A DNA stretch of 63,941 nucleotides, the filler included, from Octopus bimaculoides (lineage: Eukaryota), in the NCBI RefSeq assembly GCF_001194135.2. It is 8 parts of 8 records of this genome, joined end to end, with 100 filler letters (N's around TTAATTAATTAA, not from the genome) between each part and the next. Parts side by side here need not be neighbours in the genome. Positions count along the whole stretch, not along the records: positions 35,165 to 46,020 come from NC_068996.1; positions 46,121 to 49,928 come from NC_068998.1; 6 more parts are not named here. One strand, written 5' to 3'. This document shows positions 37,290-49,928 of the stretch, one piece after another. How positions within the stretch are numbered: position 1 is the stretch's first letter; each line of letters begins with the position of its first letter. Both the position numbers and the translations under genes were made by a program. The notes beneath the pieces are model-generated. The model saw nothing but the letters and a program-made list of their open reading frames with translations. It did no database searches and was not told the DNA's origin.

Positions 37290-37600
37290 TAATTAATAAT
37301 AATTCGGATAGAATAAATGGGTTAATAGAAACCAGGGTAGCAAAGATCACAAAATAACTGTGGTGTAATTCCTGTTTTTGAGGCAGAAACTCCTTGATAT
37401 TTTGGGTATTTGAGTATATATAAATTTAAGGAATGGCGTGAACGCATGTTATAACTGCATACTTTATTCCGACATATGTTTCGAAGAATTACAATTTATG
37501 CGATCCATAGGAATCGTCGATGCTAAAAATGTAAACTTCTCCTCGGGAAAATGTATGGGGATCATCTTAAACGTAAGACATTATGACCGAGTATGAGAAC
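37290..37600 (-). mobile_element. Probable Penelope-like terminal repeat relic with decayed hammerhead motif
   Basis: Minus strand 37549-37467 reads ttcc-C.GAGGA-gaag...cttc-GAAACATATGTC-ggaa, followed by AATAAA. Confidence 0.6.
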
Positions 37601-37705
37601 TATAGTTGGATAAGATTATAACGTAATTCATTTGAAAAAACCGTTAGAGATGTGGACGCTACCAGATAGTATATATATATATGCATATATATGTATGTGT
37701 GTATG

Positions 37706-37841
<136 letters not shown>

Positions 37842-37859
37842 CGTGCGTGCGTGTCCTAA

Positions 37860-38005
37860 TGTCCTAAAATTAGCGGTTCGGCAAAAGAGTACTATAGAAT
37901 AACAATCAGGCTTTGGAAAAATGTACTCGGTTTGATTTGTATGACTAAAATTCCTCAAGATGGTGCCGCATGGCTGCAGTGTAATTACTGAAACAAATGA
38001 AATAA
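37860..38005 (+). mobile_element. SINE family C tail
   Basis: tagcggttcggcaaaagag...ggctgcagtgtaattactgaaacaaat. Confidence 0.7.
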
Positions 38006-38814
38006 GGGAAATTGTATATATATGAGATACAGGGAGATTACTAGTTACTCAAATTTTGAGCTAGGGAATTGATACTGTAACACCTGTTTTTTTTTTATTT
38101 CTCTAGTATTTTACAACATTTCGTGAGTATTATATAGTTTTTAAATACAAATACAAGCTATCTTTTATTCAAACACCGGAAATTATTTTCTGATTTATTT
38201 CCTAAATAACACCAATGTTATTCATCCAATTTTCATTTATATTTCCCATTATAAATTTTGTTAATTACACCTCTCACAATAAGCTACATCTGTCTTTCTA
38301 CCACCTCCCTCACATAAACCTTTATAAATATAAATATAATACATATATTTTTTTCAAATAAATTTGATGCTTTAGTAGCATTTCAACGTTCAATACTAGC
38401 TAAAGTTTAAGCGATAAATTTCTAATCAAATGAACACTGTCTTTCAAAGTGGTTTGCTAAACTTTGAAAATTCCGAAACATAGTCCTTAAATAAGTCATT
38501 TCTTAACTCAAAACTAAAATGTACTTATTTTACCTGAAGAGATCTAAAAATATACTGCACATTGCATCTTTAAAATATACAATTGTTGATGGTTCTAAAA
38601 TATTGTTGTATTGAAACATATGTAGAATATCTTTTGGGGCATTTGGGGGGGGGGTTGATGTGGTTCCTTTTTTACTTGTTTTTATAGGCATATATTTTAA
38701 CCTTTTAATTTGCATTACTTTTCCAATTGTAATACAAATAAAATGAACCAAGCATCTTTTTGATTTTTCTTTTCCATTTTCTTTTATTGACTTTTTAATT
38801 ATATATGTATTGAC

Positions 38815-38990
38815 TTTATATATATATATAAAAGTTGGGGTTTTTTCAGTGTCCGCCTGCCAAATCTACTCAGAAGACGTTGGTCAGCTTAGGGCTATGA
38901 AAGAAGACACTTGCCCAAGGTGCCATGCAGTGAGAGTGAAGCAAGAACCACGTGGTTTGGAATCAAGCTTCTTACCACATAACCATGCTT
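38815..38990 (-). mobile_element. SINE family C head
   Basis: gaagacacttgcccaaggtgccatgcagtg...cttcttaccaca. Confidence 0.7.
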
Positions 38991-40199
38991 TACAAATTTG
39001 TTTTGACTTGTTCAAAATACTGAACTTTTTACACATGTGATGTAAATGTTTTGTTGCCTCAATCCTAAGGTTCTAGACAAAAGTTCATTTTACCATTTCA
39101 TTACAGTCAAGCAGTATAATGATCGAGGTTGTTCAATAGTTAGGTAATACAATCAGTTAAACTCGTGACACACACCATAATGTCTTATAAAAGGAAAAGA
39201 AAATACGCAATTGACAATGTTACCCTATGCATATAAAGCCTGAAAAATTGATTGGATCGTTACGGTTGGTCCAGGTTTGAACTGGACTATACAAGATCAA
39301 TGACACCTACAATTACTAACTCTTGTTGACATATCGTCTATCATACCACAATTTTAGTTTCTTTCAACAAATAAATGGCACCAATCACTCTGAACCACCC
39401 ACACAATATCGTATCGTGGCCATTAATAAATTCGTTCATGCTCTCTTTTCTTCGAGTTCAAATTTTGTATTTTATAGTTCAGGATCTATAAAGTAGTTGT
39501 CATGTACCCTCTCTCATTCATTGGAAGAGATAGGCTGTGCTTAGCCCTACTGTAGAATGGGTTCTACTAGGTGTAGTTACCACAGGGACACTGTAGGTCA
39601 CGACAATGCTTCTTTGACTCCACCAGGAGTCGAGAATCTCAAAAAGAAACACTACTACTCTGAAGTCGATATGCGATCTAAAGATGCAATCTCTAAGTGT
39701 CTCCACGACTTTTTAAGATACTAATTTTCCATCGAATCAAGTCTTAAAGACGGAATGAACGCTGCTGCGAAATATTTGATTAAAGCTGTTGCGGGATTAA
39801 ACAATACAACTTAAAGATCCAATTTCTGTACGCGTTCACGATTTTCAAAGATTCGTAGACCAGTAACCACATTTATTTCATCATAGATGTGACATGCCTT
39901 ATGTAATACAAAAGAGAATAAACAGGTTTATTATCATGATCGCACTTTCTCAAACACGAAAGTGTGGTTAAGTGGTATTGACTCGAAATACATCATATAC
40001 TTATGAATATGCATATTATTATGTTGAATTTAACACAAGGGAAAGGGAAAGCGGTTGCATCTTCTGAGAAATGAAAAACAGGTAGACATAATGTTCCTCA
40101 AGAATCTGTAGGAAGAATTTAATTGATGCGTTAGGACAGATACTAGTCATAATGACAGCTTTAGCCTCAGCAATGGTGTCCATCAATGCAACATCCTCT

Positions 40200-41150
40200 T
40201 ATTTTTCTGTTTCCGCTTGTGACTAACTAATGAAGAAGGTAACCAATGTGAGTATTTCAGAAGTGTGGTGAAGAGAAATGGAAAGACTTGCGACCTGCTC
40301 TTTACCGATGAAATTGCTCTGCAAGTTGAAACAAGCATTGTACTGTACGCACTAAGTACCAAATTCAAAGAATGAATCGAAAAAATCAGGTTCAGAAATA
40401 ACTGTGAAAAAAAAGAAAAGAAAAGAAGAATAATTCCAGAGAGATGCAGATTAATGCCACAGACCAAACTTTCATTTTCACCTAACAACTACTTTTAGAA
40501 GATGTCAAAAGTTTCTCTTACCTGGACAGTGTAAGTATAGATAGTGGGTTGAATTGCAGAGTTGGCAACGCAGTGTCATATTCTAGCGCATGCGCAAAAA
40601 TTAGGCAACAATAAATATGGCTGAGATAAAGATCTTGTTATATAGTGTTATAATTTTGCCAGGGGTTCTTTATTACAGTAAGAATGGATAACGAAAAAGA
40701 TGGACATATAAAGAACGTCTATGGAAAAATTTCCAGAATAATCTGGTAAGGTAAAATTATATTTAATGAAACTTTTCTGCGAAGATAGTCGCAGCCCACT
40801 ATTAAACTTTGTGGAACTGTGTTGGTTTGTTTGCCCATTTAGTCACTCGGAATGCACAAATTGAATTGAAGTGGACATCAGAAGAATAAAAATGCGAAAA
40901 TAACCATCTGGCATGGATATTCCAAGAAGAAATTAAACGTACGAGAGCTATTTGGAAAAGTGGAGGATGAATTACATCAGTTCGACCACGTTAGAAAAAG
41001 TTTGCTCGTTTATGCTTTTCACAACGCGAGACGACCTCTCTCTAGTAAGCCTAATGTTCATGACCTTTGACAGGGTTATTACAGAGTTTGCAATGGAAAT
41101 TTTGCTAGAATTGCGCATAAAATATTTCTTTCCAAGAACGGTCTTATTTT
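40200..41150 (+). mobile_element. RTE LINE RT/thumb relic
   Basis: Degenerate DLLF(A)DD region (DLLFTDEIAL) and LEDVKSFSYL, with many stops. Confidence 0.55.
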
Positions 41151-41469
41151 ATTAAGTTATTGTCATTTATTTCGTCATAAAAATTATGGATCTCTGCAAA
41201 AGAGATTCGTAAGTTTTGTAAAGAATAGCCTTTTACCTACACCAAATGTCTAATTTAATGGTTAGGGCTCTTCTGGTTAAGCCGTTACTTCTAAGCATTG
41301 TGAAGCCACAGCTCTGCAACTACGGGCATTTCATTAGAATGTCACAAGAAGGAATAGCAAAATTCTTCAGACTGTGCCAGCCTGCAGTAGACTTAAGAAT
41401 ATAGATGAAGACGGAAAGTATTATATTTGCTTCTGTTAGGATACCATGGAAGAGAGGCCTGAAGATTCT

Positions 41470-41591
41470 ACTTCCACCACCACCACGTCCTCCTCCTCCT
41501 CCCCTCATCCCCCTCCTCCCCCTCCTCCTCCTCCCNNNNNNNNNNCTCCTCTTCTTCTTCTTCTTCTTCCTTCTCCTCCACCCCTTCCTAT

Positions 41592-41624
<33 letters not shown>

Positions 41625-41681
41625 AATCATCATCATCAGCAGCAGCAGCAGTAGCACCACATCCACCACCACCACCACCCC

Positions 41682-41744
<63 letters not shown>

Positions 41745-41771
41745 TTACTGCTGCTGCTGCTGCTGCTGCTG

Positions 41772-41837
<66 letters not shown>

Positions 41838-41838
41838 T
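41470..41838. repeat. Compound CCT/CTT/CTA/CTG trinucleotide tract
   Basis: Direct reading. Confidence 0.95.
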
Positions 41839-41873
41839 AAATAAAGAAATCCTTATAATTATTATTATTATTA

Positions 41874-42480
41874 TTCAGTAGTCTTATTTTTATAACGTGC
41901 TTTCACTTCACTACCGAGCGCAGCTCTGTGTGCCTTGGGTATGTGCTGTGGTTTGCTGTGATGCTCTTATGTTTACTGTATTGAAAGTGTTTTGCGTAGA
42001 ATGTGTGCAGTGCCCAGTAGTGCAATTTTCTGTATGTTATATATATTTGTAAGTCCTGCTATTTTTGTTATATATTTGTCTGAATATTTTTTTATTATAC
42101 CTAAAGCACCTACTATGATAGGAATTGTTTCTGTTTTTAGATTCCACATTCGAGTTACCTCTATTTCCAGGTCTTTGTATTTGGAAAGTTTCTCCATTTC
42201 TTTTTGGGAAATGTTGTCATCTGTTGGTATTGAGACATCAATTAGAAAGCATATTTTTCCTTCATGATCTTTGACAACTAATTCTGGCCTATTGGCCTTA
42301 ATTTCTTTTATTCCATAGTGTTGGCATAGCTTCCAGTGTATATAGGTCCCATCTCTGTCGTGTCTGTGAATATATTCCTTCTTAGCCAAGACTGGGCAGC
42401 CAGAGATAATATGATTTATTGTTTCTTGACCATCGCTACATATTCTACAGTTACTTGTTATGTTTCTTTTCGTTATATGT
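41874..42480 (-). mobile_element. R4/Dong-like LINE 3' end (young family, same as 3722-4398)
   Basis: ORF 41973-42389 carries the RLE motif; same 3'UTR; (TAA)n on both sides; about 70-nt internal deletion relative to 3722-4398. Confidence 0.9.
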
Positions 42481-42489
42481 TATTATTAC

Positions 42490-42544
<55 letters not shown>

Positions 42545-42649
42545 TGCGTTATTGTTGCCTTTTTGCATACTATCTATTTCCATATTTCACCCAAGTAACA
42601 GGATGTTGCAGCTTTTACTATGAGTGTCATTTATGATTAGCTATAATAT

Positions 42650-44880
42650 ATCGCACAAGAAGAGGACCAGAATCCGAGAAATAATATTCGATTAAACTTG
42701 TAAGATTTCAATTTAGAAAGAGTATTAAGAGAATAAGGTGTTTTCAAGTTGCCAATGTTCTTAGTATGCGTGCAGTATCAATGAAAACAATTGCTTGCAT
42801 TTCTGATGTCTTGTGTTTTCTTGGTATTTGATCGTAGTGTTTAAGAGCGCGTTTTGGTATTGTCCTCATAGATCCAATTATCGCATGTACTATTCTTCTT
42901 AGATACCACATTTTTGTGACTTCTATTTCAAGGACCTTATATTTACTTACATTTTCAATTGTTTTTATACGTGTCACAATTTGTTGGAATTGACAAATCT
43001 ATGACCAAACATGTTTTATCAACGGGATATTTTGCCACAATACCTAGCGTATTAATCTGAATATCAAGGTCAGGTTGCATGTCCTAACGAACGGTAATAT
43101 ATTTCTTTTTTCCTACTTTTGGCAGGTTCATGTTTACACCATTTCTTCTCATATGGAAATCCAGACTTATAGTATATCATCCAGTACAAATACTGGCCGA
43201 GTCAATCATAGCGATTAATCTATTCATGTGAAGCAGGCATAGAGCATCAAGAGATGCATTTGTTAATTGTTTCCCTCGCTGAAACACAAAAATGGCAGGT
43301 AGAATAAGCACCATTTTTAAGAATGCTTGGTAGTTTCTGGTGGGGAGACGCTGATCCTCATCTGCTATAACGAAACCCTCTATTTCTGATTTAAGTCCGG
43401 GTGCGGTCACCATTTGATACTTTATATTTACATCACAATCGTTGGCTCCTGTAGAGTATTTGTCAGGTAGTGCTTTACATTTCTATGTATCTTGCAGTAC
43501 TGAAATTCCATTTGATCTAGCTTGTGTTTTTATCTGTTTTGCTATCATTGTGGATTCTTCTGTTTTATCAAGTCGCGCTTTAATGACTTTGATTCTTGTA
43601 CATACTTTAAAACTTTTTTCTGATATTGAGGACATTTTAAAAGCTTTCTTGTTTGCATCTAGACGTTGGGTGTTCTTTAGATAACAGTATACCCTTATGG
43701 CTGCTGTCTTCTGAGACAGCTGCTGTATTTCACGAACTCCACCTTTTATGGGTTGTATATTCTATCTACATTTGTCTTTGGGTAATGCATGCAGAATAGA
43801 ACTTGCATATTTTTGTATCAGTTTCACTGATAGACCATTTTATGATGTTAAAGCTGTAAGTAACAAGTATAGCTACGATATGGATTGTATCAATGCTGTT
43901 TCTCGCATTCAGATCGATTTTTAAGAAGGTTGCTCTATTCCAATTTCATTCTAGGTAGATTTTACAACTGCGTTTACCTTGTTTGTTAATCTATCACTTT
44001 GTTTTGAGTAGCGAATCTCGAGAAGATCATTACACTCTCTTATTTCAGTGTGTTTGACCTTCAGTCACTCTGATAGAATTTTGTCAACTTCAGTGTCTAT
44101 ACTCCAACTTCTGTGATAATCATTCTGAGGTACTTCAGTGTCTGGGACAATTTCGTGTAGTAACTCGCTTTGGGTATTTATTGTATTAGGCTCTACTTTA
44201 ACTGTGGAAGGGTCCTTTGTATCCTTATTTGCATCCTTATTTGTATGACTATTGGCCTGAACACGTAATTCAATTTGTTGGACATCCAGGTCTATAAAGA
44301 GACTTTTTCATGATATTCCTGAGAACATTAGCTAATCTATTGCTATCTGTGTTTGGTCTATTGGCAGGGTTTTTCTTTCTCCAGTTTAAATATGTTTGTT
44401 TCATTTTCGATATCACAATTGGAAAGTACATTGCAGTATAACAGGCCTCTAAAAGGTCATTGTATTCTTTCCTAACCCGTTCATCTGACAGATGAAGCTG
44501 GACGATGTACATGAAGGATCTTTGGAGTTACCCTATTAATGATGACTTTTATGCCTGTGCGTTGAGAAGGGATCGACAATTTTCAGCCTTTTCGATCTCC
44601 AATTGATTTGACTCTTGGAGACATATTCCTGTCCCATGCTAGGTATCGAGTGATTCAGTGTCCATTCTCTTTTTTAAATATTTCCGATATACGTGCGTAT
44701 TTTTCGTATCGCCAAGCGGTGGGGGCTTTTCTCGTGGTTTCAACGCGTGAAATACTCGGGAGTCAAGAAATTATGCCCTTCTTTACACTTTATCTCAGAT
44801 CACGACTCTTGTTTAAATTTATTTATTTATCTATCTTTTATTACGTGATAATATTTCTTGAAGTTGTGTGAGTTTCTATT
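42650..44880 (-). mobile_element. R4/Dong-like LINE, internally deleted, older family
   Basis: N-terminal RKEYNDLLEACYTA...NRLANV region, thumb region, GLKSEIEGFVIA zinc-finger region and KYKVLEIEVTKMW RLE region; no RT core between them. Confidence 0.7.
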
Positions 44881-45199
44881 AGTATATTACATGATACGAT
44901 TCAGCTACTTGGAATGCCTTTCTGTTTGATTTTTGGAGTGTCATTTGTAAATATGTATATTCATGTAGGTAATGCTGTTTATAGCTGCTGGTTTATGTAG
45001 ATGTAAGTGGGTACTAGAAATTCTGGGTTTTGTGTTAGCAAGATATTTATGCAGTACTGATAGTAAAGGTTAAGAAGTACAATTCCTATGCATTGTGCTT
45101 AATGTAGTCATAAGTAAATAAGGGGAGTGGAAGGCAAGAAAAACAGGGTGGCAGGCATACAGATAATTATCATTTATGTATAAATAGATTCAGTAGAAG

Positions 45200-45905
45200 T
45201 TAAGAGGAAAAGAGAAGAAAAAATGTATTATTTGCTCTTTGATTGTGTTAGTATCGATGGTGCTGGTCAGTGCGGTCAGCAAAGAAAAATATAGGACTTT
45301 GACAACTAATTTGTTGTTTTAATTACCGATAGAAAAATTAATATATACACCGTTGTTTTTGTACAATACTGAATGGAGTTTTGCAATAATATAAATTCTC
45401 TTAGAGTCGGTTGTTAACAGTGTTCCTTATTAATGTATTTGTTACACTCTAAAGCTTTCGTAGTTGTGTATCTTGTAAATATTTCAGCTGCTCACTTGGA
45501 GACAACATGATCAATGGTTTCATTTTATTGTTGACATACACGACATGTTGGGAAGCTACCATTCTTTAATATGTTGGTCTGGTAGTTCTTTGTAGGTAGG
45601 CACTGATCTTGGGCTGCAATGATAAACACTTCTGTTGCAGATTTTAAGCCAGAGGCCATCAACCATTGATGGGTAAGGGCTTTGTCAGCATCGGTATTAT
45701 TAGCTCTCTTTGGGTACTTGCGGTTGAGTGGTTTTCCTTGTCATTTATCTGCAAGAATATCTAAGGCAGCAGATTTAGTACGGGTTTTCATACACTCAGC
45801 TTTTTCTGTGCTTGTTTCCAGTACGTCTAATTCTGGAATTTGTTGTATTTGGAATTCACTTAGATATTCCTTTGCTTGTTTTGTTACTGAGTATGATGCT
45901 TTTTT
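45200..45905 (-). mobile_element. R4/Dong-like LINE 3' fragment
   Basis: QWLMASGLKSATEVFIIAAQDQCLPTKNY...CRVC..NETIDHV; abuts (TAA)n at about 45910-45988. Confidence 0.75.
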
Positions 45906-45924
45906 GTTTATTATTATTGTTATT

Positions 45925-45987
<63 letters not shown>

Positions 45988-46120
45988 TTATGTTTGACTT
46001 TTGTTTTGCATTTGTACAAGNNNNNNNNNNNNNNNNNNNNNNNNNNNNNNNNNNNNNNNNNNNNTTAATTAATTAANNNNNNNNNNNNNNNNNNNNNNNN
46101 NNNNNNNNNNNNNNNNNNNN

Positions 46121-46410
46121 TAGAGATAACTCGAATGTGGAATCTAAAAACAGAAACAATTCCTATCATAGTAGGTGCCTTAGGTATAATAAAAAAATAT
46201 TCAGACAAATACATAACAAAAACACCAGGACTTACAAATATATATAACATACAGAAAATTGCACTACTGGGTACTGCACACATTCTACGCAAAACACTTT
46301 CAATACAGTAAACATAAGAGCACCACAGCAAACCACAGCACATACCCAAGGCGCACAGAGCTGCGCTCGGTAGTGAAGTGAAAGCACGTTATAAAAATAA
46401 AACTACTGAA
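46121..46410 (+). mobile_element. R4/Dong-like LINE 3' end (young family)
   Basis: Near-identical to about 4110-4398; ends ctactgaa-(TAA)n. Confidence 0.9.
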
Positions 46411-46440
46411 TAATAATAATAATAATGATAATAATAATAA

Positions 46441-47188
46441 AGTTAGATTAATACTGAAAACAGAGTTCAATGCAAAAAAAAAACAAGATAATAGGTATCA
46501 GCACCCTAACCGTCCCAGTTAAGAGTTACGGCTGCAATATTCTTAACTGGACTCTAAACGAACTAATCAAAATAGAAAGGAAAACAAGAAAAATAATGAC
46601 AGGATTCAGGATGCACCACCCAAAATCTGATATAGAAAGATTATACATACTACATATTGAAGGTGGTAGAGGCCTTATACAGCTAGAAAACTATTATGAA
46701 ATAACCACCATAGAATTACAGGAATACCTACTTCAGAAGGAAGGAAAGCTGATACAAATAGCCACAAAACACGAACATAACAAAAAATGTTTTCTGTCTT
46801 TAAAAAAGATGACAAATACAAGAAAGAAATCATAGTACCTAACAACTATGAAGAAAAAGAAGAAACAACAAAGGCTGTAAAACTAAAATCCAAACCAAAA
46901 CTGGCAAGAAAATCCTCTTCATGTCAAATATTGGTTAAACTAAGCAGGAAAGAAATAGACAAAGCAAAATCCCAACAATAGCTGAGAAGCTCAGGACTCA
47001 AAGCAGAGACTGAAGGATTTTTAATTGCGTTCTCACCAGAAATCTCCAAAAACACATAATGAAGAGAAATACAACTAACTGTAGAATATGTGGTGATGGA
47101 GAAGAAACAATAAATCATATTGTCTCTGGTTAAGAATGAATATATTCATAGACATGACAGAGTTGGAACTTATATACACTAGAAGCTA
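46441..47188 (+). mobile_element. R4/Dong-like LINE fragment (thumb to zinc finger)
   Basis: RLILKTEFNA..MHHPKSDIERLY...GGRGLIQLE...GLKAETEGFLIA...CRICGDGEETINHI; starts directly after (TAA)n. Confidence 0.85.
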
Positions 47189-47209
47189 TACAGGCACGAT
47201 TTTGCTTTG

Positions 47210-49928
47210 TTTATTTCTTTCCTGCTTAGATGATACAGGCACGAAAAAATGAAACAGTGAAAAAGTACGTGGCGCCTATCTGAAACAGTACGCTACGTTA
47301 GCCGAGGAGTAAGTAGTGTCACAATTGAGGCACATTTCGAGTTGGCTAGCTTAGCCAAGGAGGTGTCTACGCAAAGGTGACAGTAGAGATCCCGGTAGGG
47401 TATGAGGTAATGTGGGTAGCGGCTGCAGTAGTGTACGACGTGGAGGAGAAAATTACAATCCTGCAAATGACGAAAAAGGAACCGGTTGACTGGAAAGGAC
47501 AATCTTTAGAAATGGTCATTCAAGCGGACAATGCGACACTTGAAAATTTTCCTGATAGTGTGTTTGTAGGGGAGGGGCATACAATTCGTGTGTCGGTAGA
47601 GGGACGTAGACCCAGATGCTTTACGTGTGGGCAGAAGGGACACGTTCGCTCTACGTGTAATAAGAAAAAAATGAAATGAAGCCCCTCCTCAGAACACAGA
47701 GAAAGAGGAAGGACAAGATGGAATAATACCAACAAAAGGAAAAAATGAGAAAAACCAAACGAAACAAAAAGCATAAGAGGAAACAAAAGAGATGGAGTTT
47801 ACCCAGATAACTCACAAAAGAAGAAAATAAACATCCTGGACTCTCCACCCCAAACAAAAAAATAACTACAGACGAACAACAAAAAAATTCCCCAGTCTCA
47901 CCCCGGTGGCACTACATTAGTTGGACAACGGTTTGCCAAACCACTCCTTCCAAACTTGAAAGGTTTTTTTTTTTAATGACAAAATCATCTCTTTTAACAA
48001 GAAGGTTTTGAGGTGCATAAAAGTACAACCAAAAATAAAACTTTTTAGCAAAACGGCAGACAATAAGTCTGACGTTCGCTATGCGAAACTTGGATAGGAT
48101 GAATAGGAAGAGAAAATTCTTCAAGAACATTTAAAGGACAACGCAATAAAAGATATTACCCAAGAGGCAATAGGGAGTAAACTNNNNNNNNNNNNNNNNN
48201 NNNNNNNNNNNNNNNNNNNNNNNNNNNNNNNNNNNNNNNNNNNNNNNNNNNNNNNNNNNNNNNNNNNNNNNNNNNNNNNNNNNNNNNNNNNNNNNNNNNN
48301 NNNNNNNNNNNNNNNNNNNNNNNNNNNNNNNNNNNNNNNNNNNNNNNNNNNNNNNNNNNNNNNNNNNATGATTAAGTTAGGCTGTGTGAATGTGCGTGAA
48401 ATGGAGTCGAAATGGAAATAGGTTTGTTTCCTTTATGACCTCAGGACACATGGAATAGATGTGGCTATTGCAACCGAGTCCAACATGAGCGGACCTCAAG
48501 CATTCTCGCCTCTTCTGAATGGTTACGAGAAATTTATTTCTCCCAGCCGGGGAAGAGGTGCGGGCGTTACAGTCCTTATCAGGAAGAGCTTGGACTTACA
48601 GGTAAGAACTGTCTTTCTGGACACAGAAGGTAGGCTGGTCGTCCTAGATGTGACTCATGAGAGTAAGCAGTCCTTCAGGTTGGTAGCTGTCTACGCTACT
48701 AACGAGCGTAGGCAATCGGTTTTCTTTCGAGACCTGAGTATGTTCTAGTGATGTCAAAAACGGTAGTTCTGGGAGGGGGTTTTAACACCATCCTCGATGC
48801 GCGGATCGATAGTGTTGGCTCAACCGATAGGAAGGGAATCCTAGCCTCAAGAGTCTACTAGACAGCTTTAATCTAGTAGACTGTTACCGACTGGATGAGC
48901 AGAGCGTTCCACAGTGGACGTGGAGTAACAACGACGGCTCACGCAGATCGTACATAGATAGAGTATTCGTTAGGGAAAGAGACAGGAATACTTTTGGTCG
49001 TCCACAGTTTTGTATTGTGCCTTACACGGATCACAAACTTGTGACGTGTGAGGTACATGTAGATAAATACCATAGACAGAGACCCGGGTACTAGAAGATG
49101 AACAAGTCGATTTTGATGTGTGAAGACTTTCGTACACGGATTAAGGTGTTAGTACAGAGGGCATTATGTGAAACCATCACTAATAATAGATGGTGACAAG
49201 CCCTCAAAAGAGCCATCCGTTTCGAGTCCATTAGATTTAGCAAGCAGCTAAGTTAGATAAGACTAGAATAGAGGTCGATTTAGTTAAGAAATTAGACGAG
49301 GCGATGGAATCTGGCTCTGTATCTAGAATGCAGACGGTGAGAACGGTTTTGTACCGTCACTCCAACTCCAAGCATGAAGGATGCAGAGTTAGAGCTAAGC
49401 TACGTGCAGGGAAACGATAAAGCATTAACGTTACCGGATGGGTACGTTGTCTGGAGAGTCAGAGAGGTAAAAAGGCCTCTATAGAGTCGTTAACGGACGA
49501 ACAGGGGTACAAGATCTATGGACAGGAGGAGATGCAGAAAGTATTTCTCCAGCATTTCGCCCTGTTGTTCGGGGAGAGCGGTTCGCTTGAGCGTGCGGTG
49601 GCTTTAAAGGACTTCCTAGCTGGTGGGCCGCGGCTCTCGGCACGTGAGGCGGAGTGCTGTGAAGGACCGATCACTGCCGCGGAGGTCAAAGAGGTGTTGG
49701 CCGAGTACGCCGGGGAAAGGTCGCCGGGGCTGGATGGTCTACACGATGAGTTTTATCGTTGTATGCCGGAGATATACTAGCAGGCGACTATGCAAACTGG
49801 CAACAGAATGGGAAAAGTCTCAGTTCTGTGAGACGGGAGGTGGCGACGCTGGTCCAGAAAGACTCGAGCAAAGAGGATAGTATTAGCAATTACAGGCCCG
49901 TAACTCTACTTAACATAGAGTTAAAGAT
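47210..49928 (+). mobile_element. Tx1/L1-clade LINE relic: ORF1 with CCHC knuckle, ORF2 APE endonuclease and start of RT
   Basis: ORF1 RPRCFTCGQKGHVRSTC; ORF2 GCVNV...GRLVVLDV...RLVAVYA...SYIDRVFV, then SPGLDGL..EFY and NYRPVTLLNIELK; broken by stops and gaps. Confidence 0.85.

Noticed and set aside
39518-39715. Short ORFs METLRDC... (minus) and MGSTRC... (plus) as an alternative PKG first exon
   Set aside because: No heptad pattern, pseudosubstrate motif or suitable donor; the TLRD similarity is coincidental.
44700-44880. Possible HDV-like ribozyme in the R4-like 5' leader (also tried 22200-22359)
   Set aside because: Could not build P3/P1.1 or the J1/4 GG by hand; too degenerate to claim.
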